From NCBI GenBank assembly GCA_050015075.1, contig JBEKCB010000002.1, positions 64,001 to 128,000 on the forward strand: a DNA stretch of 64,000 nt, in the 5' to 3' direction. The notes under the pieces were generated by a model. The model searched no databases. It had not been told where the DNA came from and saw nothing but the letters and a program-made list of their open reading frames with translations. This DNA is from Candidatus Brocadiia bacterium (GTDB lineage: Bacteria > Planctomycetota > Brocadiia > CAIUPP01). The translations under genes and the position numbers were made by a program. Within the stretch, counting starts at the first letter, position 1. Every line of letters begins with the position of its first letter. Below are positions 51,479 to 61,112 of this stretch, in pieces.

Positions 51479-54013
51479 ATGGATTCCGAGCCGAGCGTCC
51501 TGGAGGAGCTGAAGTCGGGCTCGCGACGCAATCTCTGGCCGCTGCTCATCCTCGCCGCGATGGCCGTCCTCTTCTTCGCGCGGTTCCTCCGCTCCGACAC
51601 CATCTTCCTGATGCGCGACCTCTTCCAGAAGCATTACCCGCTCCACATCTACTCCAGCGAAATCCTCCGGCGCGGCGCCCTGCCGCTGTGGAACCCGTAC
51701 ACCGGCTGCGGCGAGCCGTTCCTGGCGAACATCGAAGGCGCGGTGCTGTATCCGCCGAACCTGCTGTACCTGCTCCTGCCGGTGACGCTGGCGACGGCGG
51801 CGCTGGTGATCTTCCACACGTGGCTTACCGCCGCGGCCGGCTACGCGCTCTGCCGCGTGTGGCGGGTGTCGCGGCTCGGGTCGCTGCTGGCCGCGACGAT
51901 GCTGAGCTTCAACACGTACTGGCTGACGCGCATCGAGTTTCTGCCGTCGCACGCGGCGATGGCGTGGTTCCCGCTGGTGCTGCTGCTGTACGCGCTCTGG
52001 GCGCGGTCGCGGCGCGCGCGGTGGATCGCGCTGGCCGGGCTGGCGCTGGGCATGCAGATGCTGGCGGGGCATCCGGAGAGCGTGCTGTTCCCGCTCGGCG
52101 CGATCGCGCTGTACGCGGTCATGCTCGGCCTCTGGGAAGCGCGCGAGCGGAAGCGCTGGCGCGCGCTCCTACCGCCGGTCGCCGCGTTCGCGGCCATGTG
52201 CGCGCTGGCGATTCTTCTCGCGATGGCGCAGATTCTTCCCACGTGGGAACTGGTGCGCGCGTCGTCGGTCCACAGCGGCGTGGTGGATCCGGAGGTCGGC
52301 AAGGCCTCCGTGAATCCGGGAATGCTGGCCACGCTGCTCATGCCGTTCCTGTATGGCGTGCCGGGATATTTCGGCCGGTACTGGGCGCCTTCGTGCTCGG
52401 AGTACTGGGCCGGCAGTTTCTACGTCGGCGCCGCGGCCATCGTCGTGCTCGTCGGCGCGCTGCTGATGCGGGTGGCAGAGTGGACGGGCGCGCCGGAGCG
52501 GGCGGATCGCCCGCCGGCATGGCTGCGCGTCCGAACGCCCTTCCTGCTGGCGCTGCTCGCCGGCTCGACGCTTTACGCGATGGGCCGCTACACGCCGTTC
52601 TTCCGGGCCTGCTGGCTCGCGCTGCCGTTCCTCCAGAAATTGCGGTGGCCGAGCAAGAGCATGATCGGCGCGGTGTTCGCCCTGAGCCTCCTCGCCGGGC
52701 TGGCGCTGGATTATCTTTCCGAGACGCCGGAACGGACCGGCCGCGACGGCCGCCGCGTGCAGCGGATGCTGGCGCAATGGTGGATGTTCTCGCTGTTCGT
52801 CCTCGGCGCGGCGTTCGTCGCCGTATGCCTGACCGACGGCGGCCGCGTGGGCCGGCTGGTCCTGGAGAAATACTTCAACCTTGCGTCGCTCCCGTCGTAC
52901 CAAGTCCATCGCATCCCGTGGACCGCGCTGGGCCGCGACGCCGCGAAGCTCACGCTGCTGGCGCTCGTCGCGCCGGTGCTGGTGCTGCTCTGGTCGTCGC
53001 GCAGCCGCCTGCGTACCGCCGCCGGATGCCTGCTCGTCGGCCTCGTTTATGCGGACCTCTTCGTCACCGGCTGGACGCTCGTCCCGGCGGGAAGCGCCGA
53101 CTTGCTGGTCCGTCGCGCGGCGGAGGTCTCGGCGCAGGACGAACTGGGCCCCACTCGCATCTTCAAGGTCAGAGCGGAGACTGCCGGACTCTGCACGTAC
53201 GGCGAGACGGATGAGAATATCTTTCGATGGGCGCGCGAGGGGCTGGTCATGAGCTGGCCAATCGCCGACCGCGTCTTCGCCGTGAACGCGGAGGGCAATT
53301 TCAAGCTGCCCGGCGCGGTCAGCCTGCGGCTGTACTGCGACGACTCGAAAAAGCCGGGCGACGCGCAGTTGCGGCTGCTGCGCATGTCGAACACGGACCG
53401 CGTGGTTGGTTACTCGAACGCGGGAAGCCCGGCCGAAAGCATCAGCCTTCTCGACTACTATGCGACGGGCAGCGCCCTGGAGCCGGAGAGCATCGCGCCG
53501 GTGGCCGACACCATGCCGCGGGCGTACGTCGTCGGCGGGCCGTGGATGCCGGCGGCGGAGCGGAGCCCCTTCGACGCGATGGCGGACGGCGATTTCAATT
53601 TCCGCGAGGCCGCCCTGCTCGATCCCTCCGGCCCGTGGGCGAAGGAATTTTCCGATCTCAAGCCCGGCCGCGTCCAGCAGAAGGTGACGCGGGTCGCCTA
53701 CGCCGCGGACAACAACTCGCTGGCGATTGAACTCTGGAGCGGACGCGAGGCGCTGCTGGTGGTGACCGACGCGTGGTATCCCGGCTGGCGAGCGACGGTC
53801 AACGTCCGCGCCGCGCCCATCGCCGAAGTCAACGCCTTCCAGCGCGGCGTCCGCGTCCCGGCGGGAAACTCCAGCGTCGTCATGCGCTATGACCCATGGA
53901 CGCTCCGCATCGGGATCCTCGTGAGCCTGGCGGCGCTGGTCGCCGTCGCAGCGTGGCTGGCCCTCAACCGTTCGCGGCCTGGACCGTCCGCGACAGCCCC
54001 GCAGGACGCGTAA
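51479..54013 (+). CDS. YfhO-family polytopic membrane protein (GT-C-like)
   Basis: PLWNPY..CGEPFLAN, LYPPN, LAGHP, MPRAY, WYPGWRATVN. Confidence 0.85.
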   Translation: MDSEPSVLEELKSGSRRNLWPLLILAAMAVLFFARFLRSDTIFLMRDLFQKHYPLHIYSSEILRRGALPLWNPYTGCGEPFLANIEGAVLYPPNLLYLLLPVTLATAALVIFHTWLTAAAGYALCRVWRVSRLGSLLAATMLSFNTYWLTRIEFLPSHAAMAWFPLVLLLYALWARSRRARWIALAGLALGMQMLAGHPESVLFPLGAIALYAVMLGLWEARERKRWRALLPPVAAFAAMCALAILLAMAQILPTWELVRASSVHSGVVDPEVGKASVNPGMLATLLMPFLYGVPGYFGRYWAPSCSEYWAGSFYVGAAAIVVLVGALLMRVAEWTGAPERADRPPAWLRVRTPFLLALLAGSTLYAMGRYTPFFRACWLALPFLQKLRWPSKSMIGAVFALSLLAGLALDYLSETPERTGRDGRRVQRMLAQWWMFSLFVLGAAFVAVCLTDGGRVGRLVLEKYFNLASLPSYQVHRIPWTALGRDAAKLTLLALVAPVLVLLWSSRSRLRTAAGCLLVGLVYADLFVTGWTLVPAGSADLLVRRAAEVSAQDELGPTRIFKVRAETAGLCTYGETDENIFRWAREGLVMSWPIADRVFAVNAEGNFKLPGAVSLRLYCDDSKKPGDAQLRLLRMSNTDRVVGYSNAGSPAESISLLDYYATGSALEPESIAPVADTMPRAYVVGGPWMPAAERSPFDAMADGDFNFREAALLDPSGPWAKEFSDLKPGRVQQKVTRVAYAADNNSLAIELWSGREALLVVTDAWYPGWRATVNVRAAPIAEVNAFQRGVRVPAGNSSVVMRYDPWTLRIGILVSLAALVAVAAWLALNRSRPGPSATAPQDA

Positions 54014-54078
54014 GCCCGGCGAAAACAGGCCACGAATTCACGCCCTTTTCACGCAGGAACCTAAGCTATTTTCTAAAT

Positions 54079-54094
54079 TGTTCCACGTGAAACA
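54079..54094. promoter_or_regulatory. parS centromere-like site
   Basis: TGTTCCACGTGAAACA matches the TGTTNCACGTGAAACA consensus exactly; intergenic. Confidence 0.85.
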
Positions 54095-54467
54095 ATCAGA
54101 CTTATCCTGACACTCATGCCGCTTTCATGCCGCCTCCATGCCGCCGCAATGGCGCCGCGACGAGCCGGAATGATGTCGAATAGGCCATGCATGCCGATAA
54201 CATGCTCTTTTTCCTGACGCCGTCGCGCGCAGGACGCTGATCGAACGTCCGGCTCGATAAACCCATCTGAAAAAACGAACCCAATCGCGTGCGTACCCCA
54301 GGCGACCCGCCCGCTTCCCACTCTCGCAGCTTGTGAAGGCGGAGGAAACATGTCCCCGGCACTTCGGCTGCCCCCTTTTCGGTGTCAACTTCTCAGGTTA
54401 TGATATTGCCGCGCGATAGACAAAGTTTCCCGCCGCTGACGTTATATGTATGGATTGGAGAGGGTCC

Positions 54468-54980
54468 ATGGAACGAGGCGGAGAGCAGGACTGGCCGACG
54501 TGGCTGAACCGGCACGGGCCGGCGCTCGTGCTCTTCGCAAGGCAGTGGGCGCCGGCGCAGTCCGACGCGGAGGATATCGTGCAGGACGCGTTCATCAGGT
54601 TTTGGCGCGCGAGGGGTTCAACGAACCCGGAGACGGCGTATCTCTTCGCCTGCGTGCGAACCTCCGCGCTGGACTGGCTTCGTTCGCGGACCCGGCGCGC
54701 GCGGCGCGAGAAGGATGCCGCCGGCCTCAAGCCGGTCTTCGCTGAGCCGGTCTTCGAGCGTTTCCCCGAGGACCAGGAATGGCGCGCAGCCGTCGAACGG
54801 AAGTTATCCGTGTTGCCCTCCGAACAACGCGAGGTCCTGGTCTTGAAACTTTGGGGCAGCCTGACATTCCGCGAGATCGGCCAGGCGCTGAATATTCCGC
54901 AGGACACGGCCGCTTCGCGCTATCGGTACGCGCTCGATTTCCTGAGGCGGAATTTGGAGGAGGTCCGGCCCCATGGATGA
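54468..54980 (+). CDS. ECF RNA polymerase sigma factor
   Basis: DAEDIVQDAF, LPSEQREVLVLK, LTFREIG, TAASRYRYAL. Confidence 0.92.
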   Translation: MERGGEQDWPTWLNRHGPALVLFARQWAPAQSDAEDIVQDAFIRFWRARGSTNPETAYLFACVRTSALDWLRSRTRRARREKDAAGLKPVFAEPVFERFPEDQEWRAAVERKLSVLPSEQREVLVLKLWGSLTFREIGQALNIPQDTAASRYRYALDFLRRNLEEVRPHG

Positions 54981-55395
54981 TCGAATGGACGAATTCGAAG
55001 AACGGTTGCGCTCACTGCGGCCGGTCGCGCCGGCGCCGGACCTCGAGCGCAGGGTTTCGGCCGGTCTCGCCGGCGAATCGGCAGACGCGAAATCGCGGGT
55101 CGGCACATGGGTCGTCGTCGCGGCCGGGCTCATGGCCGCAATGCTGGCGATCTGCATTGCCCTGGCGCATCTTGGCGGACCGGCCGCCGCGCCCCGGCCG
55201 CTTCAGCCGGTGAAAACGGTGGCGCTGATACCCCACCACGATTTCACGGCGGACGATCCGCCGACCCGCGCGGTCTACGGCGCCGCCATGATGCGGTCGC
55301 CCGAAACGCTGGATGCGCTGATGGATAAGCACGCCCGGAGCTTGATGCCGCCGGACCGAGACCCGTCAGCCTGGAGAAATACAGTCCTGCAGTGA
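54973..55395 (+). CDS. Putative membrane anti-sigma factor
   Basis: Overlaps the sigma gene; FEERLRSLRP N-terminus and one TM helix. Confidence 0.65.
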   Translation: MDDRMDEFEERLRSLRPVAPAPDLERRVSAGLAGESADAKSRVGTWVVVAAGLMAAMLAICIALAHLGGPAAAPRPLQPVKTVALIPHHDFTADDPPTRAVYGAAMMRSPETLDALMDKHARSLMPPDRDPSAWRNTVLQ

Positions 55396-55487
55396 AGCTT
55401 GCGCATACGGCGGGCTGCAGACCGCCGGGTGCGGCATGGGTCAGTGAGACATTACAGCGTTTTCTTTTCCTGATGGAGGGCAGTGTC

Positions 55488-56633
55488 ATGAAGCGACTGG
55501 TGATGATTTGCTTGCTGTTGGCGGCCACGGCCATGCCGGTTTCGGTTGCCGCGGCGCAGACCGACTGGAGAGGGCCGAAGGAACTCGGCGACAACGCGGC
55601 GCTCAAGTATTGGCTGGCGTTCGGGACGCTGACCACTCTGCCCGAGGCCGATTACAAGCTCGTCAGGAACTGGAACGGGGCCGGCCCGGACCCGGCGGCC
55701 GCACACATGGTCGAGTGGTGCGAGACCAGCCTCAAGCTCTTGCATGAAGCGGTCAACTGCAAATGGTGCAATTGGGGCCTGGTCAATGAGGGGCCCGGCA
55801 CTGAGATGCCGCATTTAGCCAAGATGCGCGAGCTTGCCTGGCGTGCCTGCTTCAGGGCCAGATACCGCGCCGCGACCGGAGACGGCAACGGCGCGGTCGA
55901 GGATATTCTGGCCGTCTTCGCGCTTTCGAGACACTGCAACGCCGACTCTTCGATGATCGCTTATATCGTACGTCTTTTTAACCAGCGCATCGCTACGAAG
56001 GGCGCCGCGGATACGCTCAAACGCTTGAATCCCGAGCAGCTCAGGAAGCTCGCCGAGGGGCTTGACTCGCTGCCGCAATGCTGCAGCCTGCGGGACGCTT
56101 TCCTCGACGAGTCCGAAAACGAGTACGGCTGGTGGGCGGATCATATCAAGCGCGGCGGCATCAAGGCAGCCGAGGAGTTCCGAAGGTCCGATGATCGGGA
56201 GAATGAGGCGGGCAAGGCGGACTCGAAGGAGCCGATTACGGAGGAGGACGTCGCGCGCTACATCCACGACCTGGAGGTCGCGCAGCGCTGCTGGGCGCTC
56301 GTTGCCGACATGGCCGCGCTGCCGCCGGCGGAATTCGCGGCCCGGAGCCAGGCGCTTGAGGAGAAAATGAAGAAGGAGTGCACGACGCTTCCCGAGCTCT
56401 TCAACCACCCGGTATCGGAATTCCGCAACAACGGGGCGCGCGCCGATGCCTCGTTCGCCATGCTCAAGGCGGCGATCGCCGTCGTCCTCAACGGTCCGGA
56501 CAGCCTGAAGTCCATCCAGGACCCGTTCGGCGCCGGCCCCTTCGAATACACCGCCGTCGGAACAGGCTTCCAGTTGAAGTCGAAGTTCGTCTTTCAGGGG
56601 AAGCCCGTGGAACTGACTGTGCCCGGAACGTAA
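55488..56633 (+). CDS. Secreted alpha-helical hypothetical protein
   Basis: Signal peptide, NAALKYWLAF, CNWG, DPFGAGPFEY; GGAGG RBS. Confidence 0.75.
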   Translation: MKRLVMICLLLAATAMPVSVAAAQTDWRGPKELGDNAALKYWLAFGTLTTLPEADYKLVRNWNGAGPDPAAAHMVEWCETSLKLLHEAVNCKWCNWGLVNEGPGTEMPHLAKMRELAWRACFRARYRAATGDGNGAVEDILAVFALSRHCNADSSMIAYIVRLFNQRIATKGAADTLKRLNPEQLRKLAEGLDSLPQCCSLRDAFLDESENEYGWWADHIKRGGIKAAEEFRRSDDRENEAGKADSKEPITEEDVARYIHDLEVAQRCWALVADMAALPPAEFAARSQALEEKMKKECTTLPELFNHPVSEFRNNGARADASFAMLKAAIAVVLNGPDSLKSIQDPFGAGPFEYTAVGTGFQLKSKFVFQGKPVELTVPGT

Positions 56634-56687
56634 CCACGAGGAGCTCAGCCAAGCAGCGCCCGCACTTCGGCGTCGGCCAGAGAAATT

Positions 56688-56732
56688 GGACAGGCCCCGT
56701 TACCCGAGACAGCCCTTCGGAAACGGGGCCTG
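56688..56732. repeat. REP-like hairpin, left boundary of the cassette
   Basis: ggacaggccccgttacccgagacagcccttcggaaacggggcctg; 43 of 45 bases match 58246-58290. Confidence 0.85.
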
Positions 56733-56804
56733 CCACCATTTTCCGCCAGCAGCCCCCGCAATGCCGGAGCTGCCACCCACTCACGCTCTCAGGACACTTT
56801 CCGC

Positions 56805-56833
56805 TTGACATTTTCCTCGCCCCTGACTAAACT
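56805..56833 (+). promoter_or_regulatory. Sigma70 promoter of the cassette
   Basis: TTGACA-N17-TAAACT, with a further TATAAT at 56839. Confidence 0.65.
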
Positions 56834-56871
56834 TCCTGTATAATCTCAAGGATGCTGCCAACGGAGGCACC

Positions 56872-57702
56872 ATGACCATAGCTATCTCCCTCAAAGTTAA
56901 CGACGGCGTCATCCTCGCCGCCGATAGTGCCACGAGTATCCCCGCTCCCGGCGGCCAAATTATTAACGTCTACAACAACGCCAACAAGATATTCAATCTC
57001 AAGAAGGGCCATCCAGTTGGAGCCGTTGCTTGGGGTCTAGGGAGTATCGGGCAAGCCTCAATCACCACCCTGGCAAAGGATTTTCGTTATGAGCTTACCA
57101 GTGGGTCCCTCAGCTCGCTAATCTCGGAAGGGTATACAGTAGAGAGAATTGCAACAGAATTCCTCGCCTTCCTCAAGAAGAAGCACGACGAGCAGCCCCC
57201 TGAATGGCGTCAGAACTCACCGCCCCTCGGACTCTATGTCGTCGGATACTCCTCCAACAAGGACTATGCCGAAGAATGGCAAATCCAGATCGCCGCTGAC
57301 AAAGCCACTGGCCCTACCCGTATCCGCAAACCCGACGAAATGGGCGTAACATGGGGAGGTGATGGCCGTACCCTTTACCGCCTGCTCCTGGGATATGACA
57401 TTCAGCTTCCCGCTCAACTCGTCGTCGCCGGCATCGCAAGTGAACAGGTCAACAAGGTTATGCCAGTTATCGCAAAGGCCATCACCTGGCCTTTCGTCTT
57501 TCCCGCCATGCCCATCCAAGACGCCATCGACCTGGCTGAATTCTTGGTTTACGCCACAGCGCAGTGCGCAAGGTTTGGGCCGGGTGCCCCTATCGTCGGC
57601 GGTCCCATCGAGATAGCTGCGATCACAAAACACGAGGGCTTCAAATGGGTCCGTAGGAAGCACTACTTTGGTCACGATCTCAATCCACCCCCACCCGTCT
57701 AG
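56872..57702 (+). CDS. Proteasome beta-subunit-like Ntn hydrolase
   Basis: M-T start, GVILAADS (Asp17), NKIF Lys, C-terminal VGGPIEIAAIT; GGAGG RBS. Confidence 0.75.
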   Translation: MTIAISLKVNDGVILAADSATSIPAPGGQIINVYNNANKIFNLKKGHPVGAVAWGLGSIGQASITTLAKDFRYELTSGSLSSLISEGYTVERIATEFLAFLKKKHDEQPPEWRQNSPPLGLYVVGYSSNKDYAEEWQIQIAADKATGPTRIRKPDEMGVTWGGDGRTLYRLLLGYDIQLPAQLVVAGIASEQVNKVMPVIAKAITWPFVFPAMPIQDAIDLAEFLVYATAQCARFGPGAPIVGGPIEIAAITKHEGFKWVRRKHYFGHDLNPPPPV

Positions 57703-57716
57703 AGGGAGAGACCGCA

Positions 57717-57950
57717 GTGGAGTCTTATTCTCTTACATACAATTCAAGAGACGTGCTTACCATCCTAAAGCTCAACGACTATGGCAATCTTAACGAAATA
57801 GTCAGCACATACTCTGCCAACTTCGCTCCTGCCTACTTCGACGAAGATACTGAGTGCCTGCGCATCATTCAAGATAGACAATCGGACTCCACTATCTCTC
57901 TCGATGAGTTCCTAACTACTCTCCGAACCGATGGCATCCTGGCACATTGA
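57717..57950 (+). CDS. Putative antitoxin
   Basis: Acidic 77 aa with C-terminal DR..D.TISLDEFL..L..DG motif; overlaps the toxin start. Confidence 0.6.
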   Translation: MESYSLTYNSRDVLTILKLNDYGNLNEIVSTYSANFAPAYFDEDTECLRIIQDRQSDSTISLDEFLTTLRTDGILAH

Positions 57951-58212
57951 GCTATCCAACCGGGTCAAGCGTGATTTCCACTCCATTGACCCGCAATACG
58001 TTCCACGGATACTCGATGCGATTACGGCATTGGCCCAGGAGCCCCGCCCAGCCGCTTCCGCTAAACTCGCAGGCCATCCCAACGCGAGACGCCTCCGGGT
58101 CGGTTCCTTCCGTGTTCTCTACACTATCGACGTATCTGCAGCGCGCATTGTCATCCTACAAGTAGGATCTCGCAGTAATATCTACACAAACTGGCAGCAC
58201 AAACCTGCTTGA
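57931..58212 (+). CDS. RelE/ParE (StbE-like) toxin
   Basis: RILDAITALAQEPRP...KLAG...RLRVGSFRVLYTI...VGSRSNIY. Confidence 0.88.
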   Translation: MASWHIELSNRVKRDFHSIDPQYVPRILDAITALAQEPRPAASAKLAGHPNARRLRVGSFRVLYTIDVSAARIVILQVGSRSNIYTNWQHKPA

Positions 58213-58245
58213 CCGACCCTCCGTGAACACTTGCGGGAAAGATAG

Positions 58246-58290
58246 GGACAGGCCCCGTTACCCGAGATAGCCTTTCGGAAACGGGGCCTG
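58246..58290. repeat. REP-like hairpin, right boundary of the cassette
   Basis: ggacaggccccgttacccgagatagcctttcggaaacggggcctg. Confidence 0.85.
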
Positions 58291-58360
58291 GCCCTGTTTC
58301 CGTATTTCCGCTTCATCCAGTGATGTTCGCACTTTACGCAGATTCGTCTTTCAGGCATCG

Positions 58361-59008
58361 TCAGTGAGGATGAGTCCAATGGCGGTCTATTCCGCTCGGC
58401 ACCATATAGATGATTGGGAATAGGACATAGAGAACGAGGCTGATGGCGGGGTTGACCAACGCCAGGAGCACCGCACAAATGTTCAACAGTACTCCCATCA
58501 GAATCCGCCGCTTTCCCTTGCGCACGAGTTCCGGTTCGAGATTGTCGCCCACGAGACGGCGGCCGCTTGTGGCATACGCCCATTGCCAATAGAGTGTGAG
58601 CCCCAGCGCCATCATATTGCAACCGTAGACCATTGCCGCGATTCGATGTCGCGGATAATCTCCCAGGAGATCTGTCGAAAACGGCATAAACACCACAATG
58701 AGGAGGAATAGCAGATTAATCCAAAGAAAGTAGCGGTCCGTGCGCTTGAGAAAATGGGAGTAGCCGTGATGGGCGGCCCAGAAAAAACCAAGAGTCACAA
58801 AGCTCATCGCAAAAGTCAGAAATTTCGGCCACAGGTCCAGCAGGGTTTGCGCCAAAACCCCTTGATTGACCAGCGGCTCGGGGAGTTTAGGGATCTTTAC
58901 ATCCAGGACCAGAAGGGTCATCGCAAATGCGAAAATGCCATCGCTCAGCGCCTCGATCCGCTGCTTGCCGAGCCCTTCGACGTTTTCCGTATGGCTTGAA
59001 GGAATCAT
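58361..59008 (-). CDS. TMEM175-family potassium channel
   Basis: RIEALSDGIFAFAMTLLVL, FWAAHH, FMPFST. Confidence 0.9.
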   Translation of the reverse strand: MIPSSHTENVEGLGKQRIEALSDGIFAFAMTLLVLDVKIPKLPEPLVNQGVLAQTLLDLWPKFLTFAMSFVTLGFFWAAHHGYSHFLKRTDRYFLWINLLFLLIVVFMPFSTDLLGDYPRHRIAAMVYGCNMMALGLTLYWQWAYATSGRRLVGDNLEPELVRKGKRRILMGVLLNICAVLLALVNPAISLVLYVLFPIIYMVPSGIDRHWTHPH

Positions 59009-59041
59009 GCGTTCTCCGGTTTCTTTACGGTCTCCTTCGAG

Positions 59042-59495
59042 TCAGATGACGCGCAGGACGATCTTGCCGCGCGCGTGGCCTGTCCGGCTCGTCTCCTGTG
59101 CGCGGCGCGCTTCCGAAAGCGTCAGGACCGTCTCGACGAATACCTTGACCCGAAGTCGTGAACCACGGCTCATGCCCGGCCAGTTCGGTGACGTTGTCGG
59201 CCTTCTCCGTCCGCGGGTCGCTATTCCTGATCCACTCGCGACGCGCATCCGATCGCAGCCATTGACGCAGATGAGCCGCGCTGTCGAATTTCAGGGTGAT
59301 GACGTAATCAAAGTTCGCCGGATCGCGCGGCCGCAGGATGCTGACGCCGTGGTGTCCCGGGAATTGAGCGACCGCCTGAGAGATGCCCTGCAGCCACTCC
59401 TCGAACGCCTTCTGACAACCCGCTCTGACGCGGCGGGAAATGACCGCGGTCACTGGAATTTGCGATTCCTCGATGGTGGAACTCTTGGAATCCAT
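59042..59495 (-). pseudogene. Chimeric remnant: ABM-like monooxygenase N-terminus joined to the C-terminus of a zinc-binding oxidoreductase
   Basis: VTAVISRRVRAG...GHEPWF lacks its usual membrane tail; another frame reads VETVLTLSEARRAQE...GHARGKIVLRVI-stop. Confidence 0.65.
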
Positions 59496-59793
59496 TGGTC
59501 CTCTTTTTGCCCTGCCTCAACGAAAAACCTTCCCGTTTCCATTACAGCGCACATTTCCGAGCGAGTCAAGATGCGCGCGGCCGAAAAAATCGCTCATGGG
59601 TATTGACATGGGGTGTGCGGTGAATTACGGTGGACGTGGGGATAAGCGCGCTGGGGTGCGCCCGTGACGCAGCAAAGCAGCATGGACATCCTGATTTTCC
59701 ACGTGCCACACGCCATCGAGGGCCGGTTCGTGAAGGGGTTCGTCGGCGGGCACGGCGGATGAAGCCGCAGGTCATTGTAAAGGGGCGGGAGCC

Positions 59794-60525
59794 GTGGAAA
59801 AACTGAAAGGGAAGGTCGCCGTAATCACCGGCGGCAGCAGCGGCATCGGCCTGGCGACCGCAAAGCGTTTCGTCGCGGAGGGCGCATTTGTCTTCATCAT
59901 CGGCCGGCGCCAGGCCGAACTCGACGCGGCCGTGAAACAGATCGGCTCCAACGCCGCCGGCGTTCAGGGCGATGTCGCCAACCTGGCCGATCTGGACGGG
60001 CTGTACTCGGCGGTGAAGCGGCAGAAGGGGCGAATTGACATCCTTTTCGCCAACGCCGGCGTCGTTGAATTCGTCCCGCTCGGTTCGATCACCGAAGAGC
60101 ACTTCGACAGGCTCTTCAACATCAATGTCCGAGGCGTGCTTTTCACCGTGCAGAAAGCCCTGCCGCTGTTCACCGACGGCGGCTCCATTATCCTGACGAG
60201 TTCGGGCGTGAGCATCAAGGGCTTTGCCGCCGCCAGCGTTTACAGCGCGACGAAGGCGGCGGTCCGCTCCTTCGCGCGATGCTGGACGACCGACCTGAAA
60301 CAGCGGCGAATCCGCGTGAACGTCATCAGTCCGGGGCCGATCGAAACGCCGATGTTCGCCGAAGTGCCCCAGGAAGAGAAGGCGCGGCTTTCCTCCACGG
60401 TCCCCATGGGCCGCCTGGGCAAGCCGGACGAGATCGCCAGCGCCGCCGTTTTCCTCGCGTCGGACGAGAGCAGTTACGTCACCGGCATCGAACTGTTCGT
60501 GGACGGAGGCGTGGCGCAGGTCTGA
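59794..60525 (+). CDS. SDR family oxidoreductase
   Basis: [27 protein letters not shown]. Confidence 0.94.
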   Translation: MEKLKGKVAVITGGSSGIGLATAKRFVAEGAFVFIIGRRQAELDAAVKQIGSNAAGVQGDVANLADLDGLYSAVKRQKGRIDILFANAGVVEFVPLGSITEEHFDRLFNINVRGVLFTVQKALPLFTDGGSIILTSSGVSIKGFAAASVYSATKAAVRSFARCWTTDLKQRRIRVNVISPGPIETPMFAEVPQEEKARLSSTVPMGRLGKPDEIASAAVFLASDESSYVTGIELFVDGGVAQV

Positions 60526-60579
60526 CGATTTCATGATCAAAGACCGCAAGCGCAAAGCGGCGCCTCGAGGGAGGAATGC

Positions 60580-61071
60580 ATGGCGATTGCAAAGATCGAG
60601 ATCCAACGGTTCAGCGTGACATCTTCCAGGCCGTTTCGCGAGGTACTGGGGGCGCTTGAGGCGGCTTTGGGCCATCCCGACCCGAAGGTGTTTCGCGAGA
60701 ACGTCGCCGCAGCGGAGACGTTCGCCGAACTGGAAAAGGTCGTCCATGAGGTCCTCGGATCGTCCGGATTGATGGAGTTCGCGCGGTTTGACTTTGGCGT
60801 GGTCCTGCGCAAGCGAATGGAAGCTGCGCCACAAACTGTGCGGCTCGTCCTGGGCAACCCGCTCATCATGACCCGGATGGTCATGCACGTGCCGGATGCG
60901 GGCTCATACGTGCCGGTGACGGTTCTGATTGACGAGCGCCAGGACGGAGTCCATCTCTCTTACGACAAGACGGCGAGTTTTCTTGCCCCGTATGGAAACT
61001 CCGAAGCGCTGAAAGTGGCCCGAGACCTGGATGCGAAGATTGAGGCGCTGCTGGCGGACGCTGCGCGGTAA
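60580..61071 (+). CDS. DUF302 domain protein
   Basis: LVLGNPLIMTRM...AGSYVPVTVLIDE...LDAKIEAL. Confidence 0.8.
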   Translation: MAIAKIEIQRFSVTSSRPFREVLGALEAALGHPDPKVFRENVAAAETFAELEKVVHEVLGSSGLMEFARFDFGVVLRKRMEAAPQTVRLVLGNPLIMTRMVMHVPDAGSYVPVTVLIDERQDGVHLSYDKTASFLAPYGNSEALKVARDLDAKIEALLADAAR

Positions 61072-61112
61072 TGCGGCGCGCGCCCAGTCTGCCTTGTCAG
61101 AAGGGAGGCCGA

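Noticed and set aside
54073-54388. Short ORFs around the parS site
   Set aside because: No motifs or RBS; three overlapping frames equally unconvincing
56688-58290. Hairpins as classical integron attC sites
   Set aside because: No clear RYYYAAC...GTTRRRY ends and no integron integrase in view; kept as REP-like
59695-59710. Second parS-like sequence ttttccacgtgccaca
   Set aside because: Three mismatches to consensus and broken symmetry
59682-59762. 26-aa [29 protein letters not shown] upstream of the SDR gene
   Set aside because: No RBS or recognisable motif; cannot tell a leader peptide from chance
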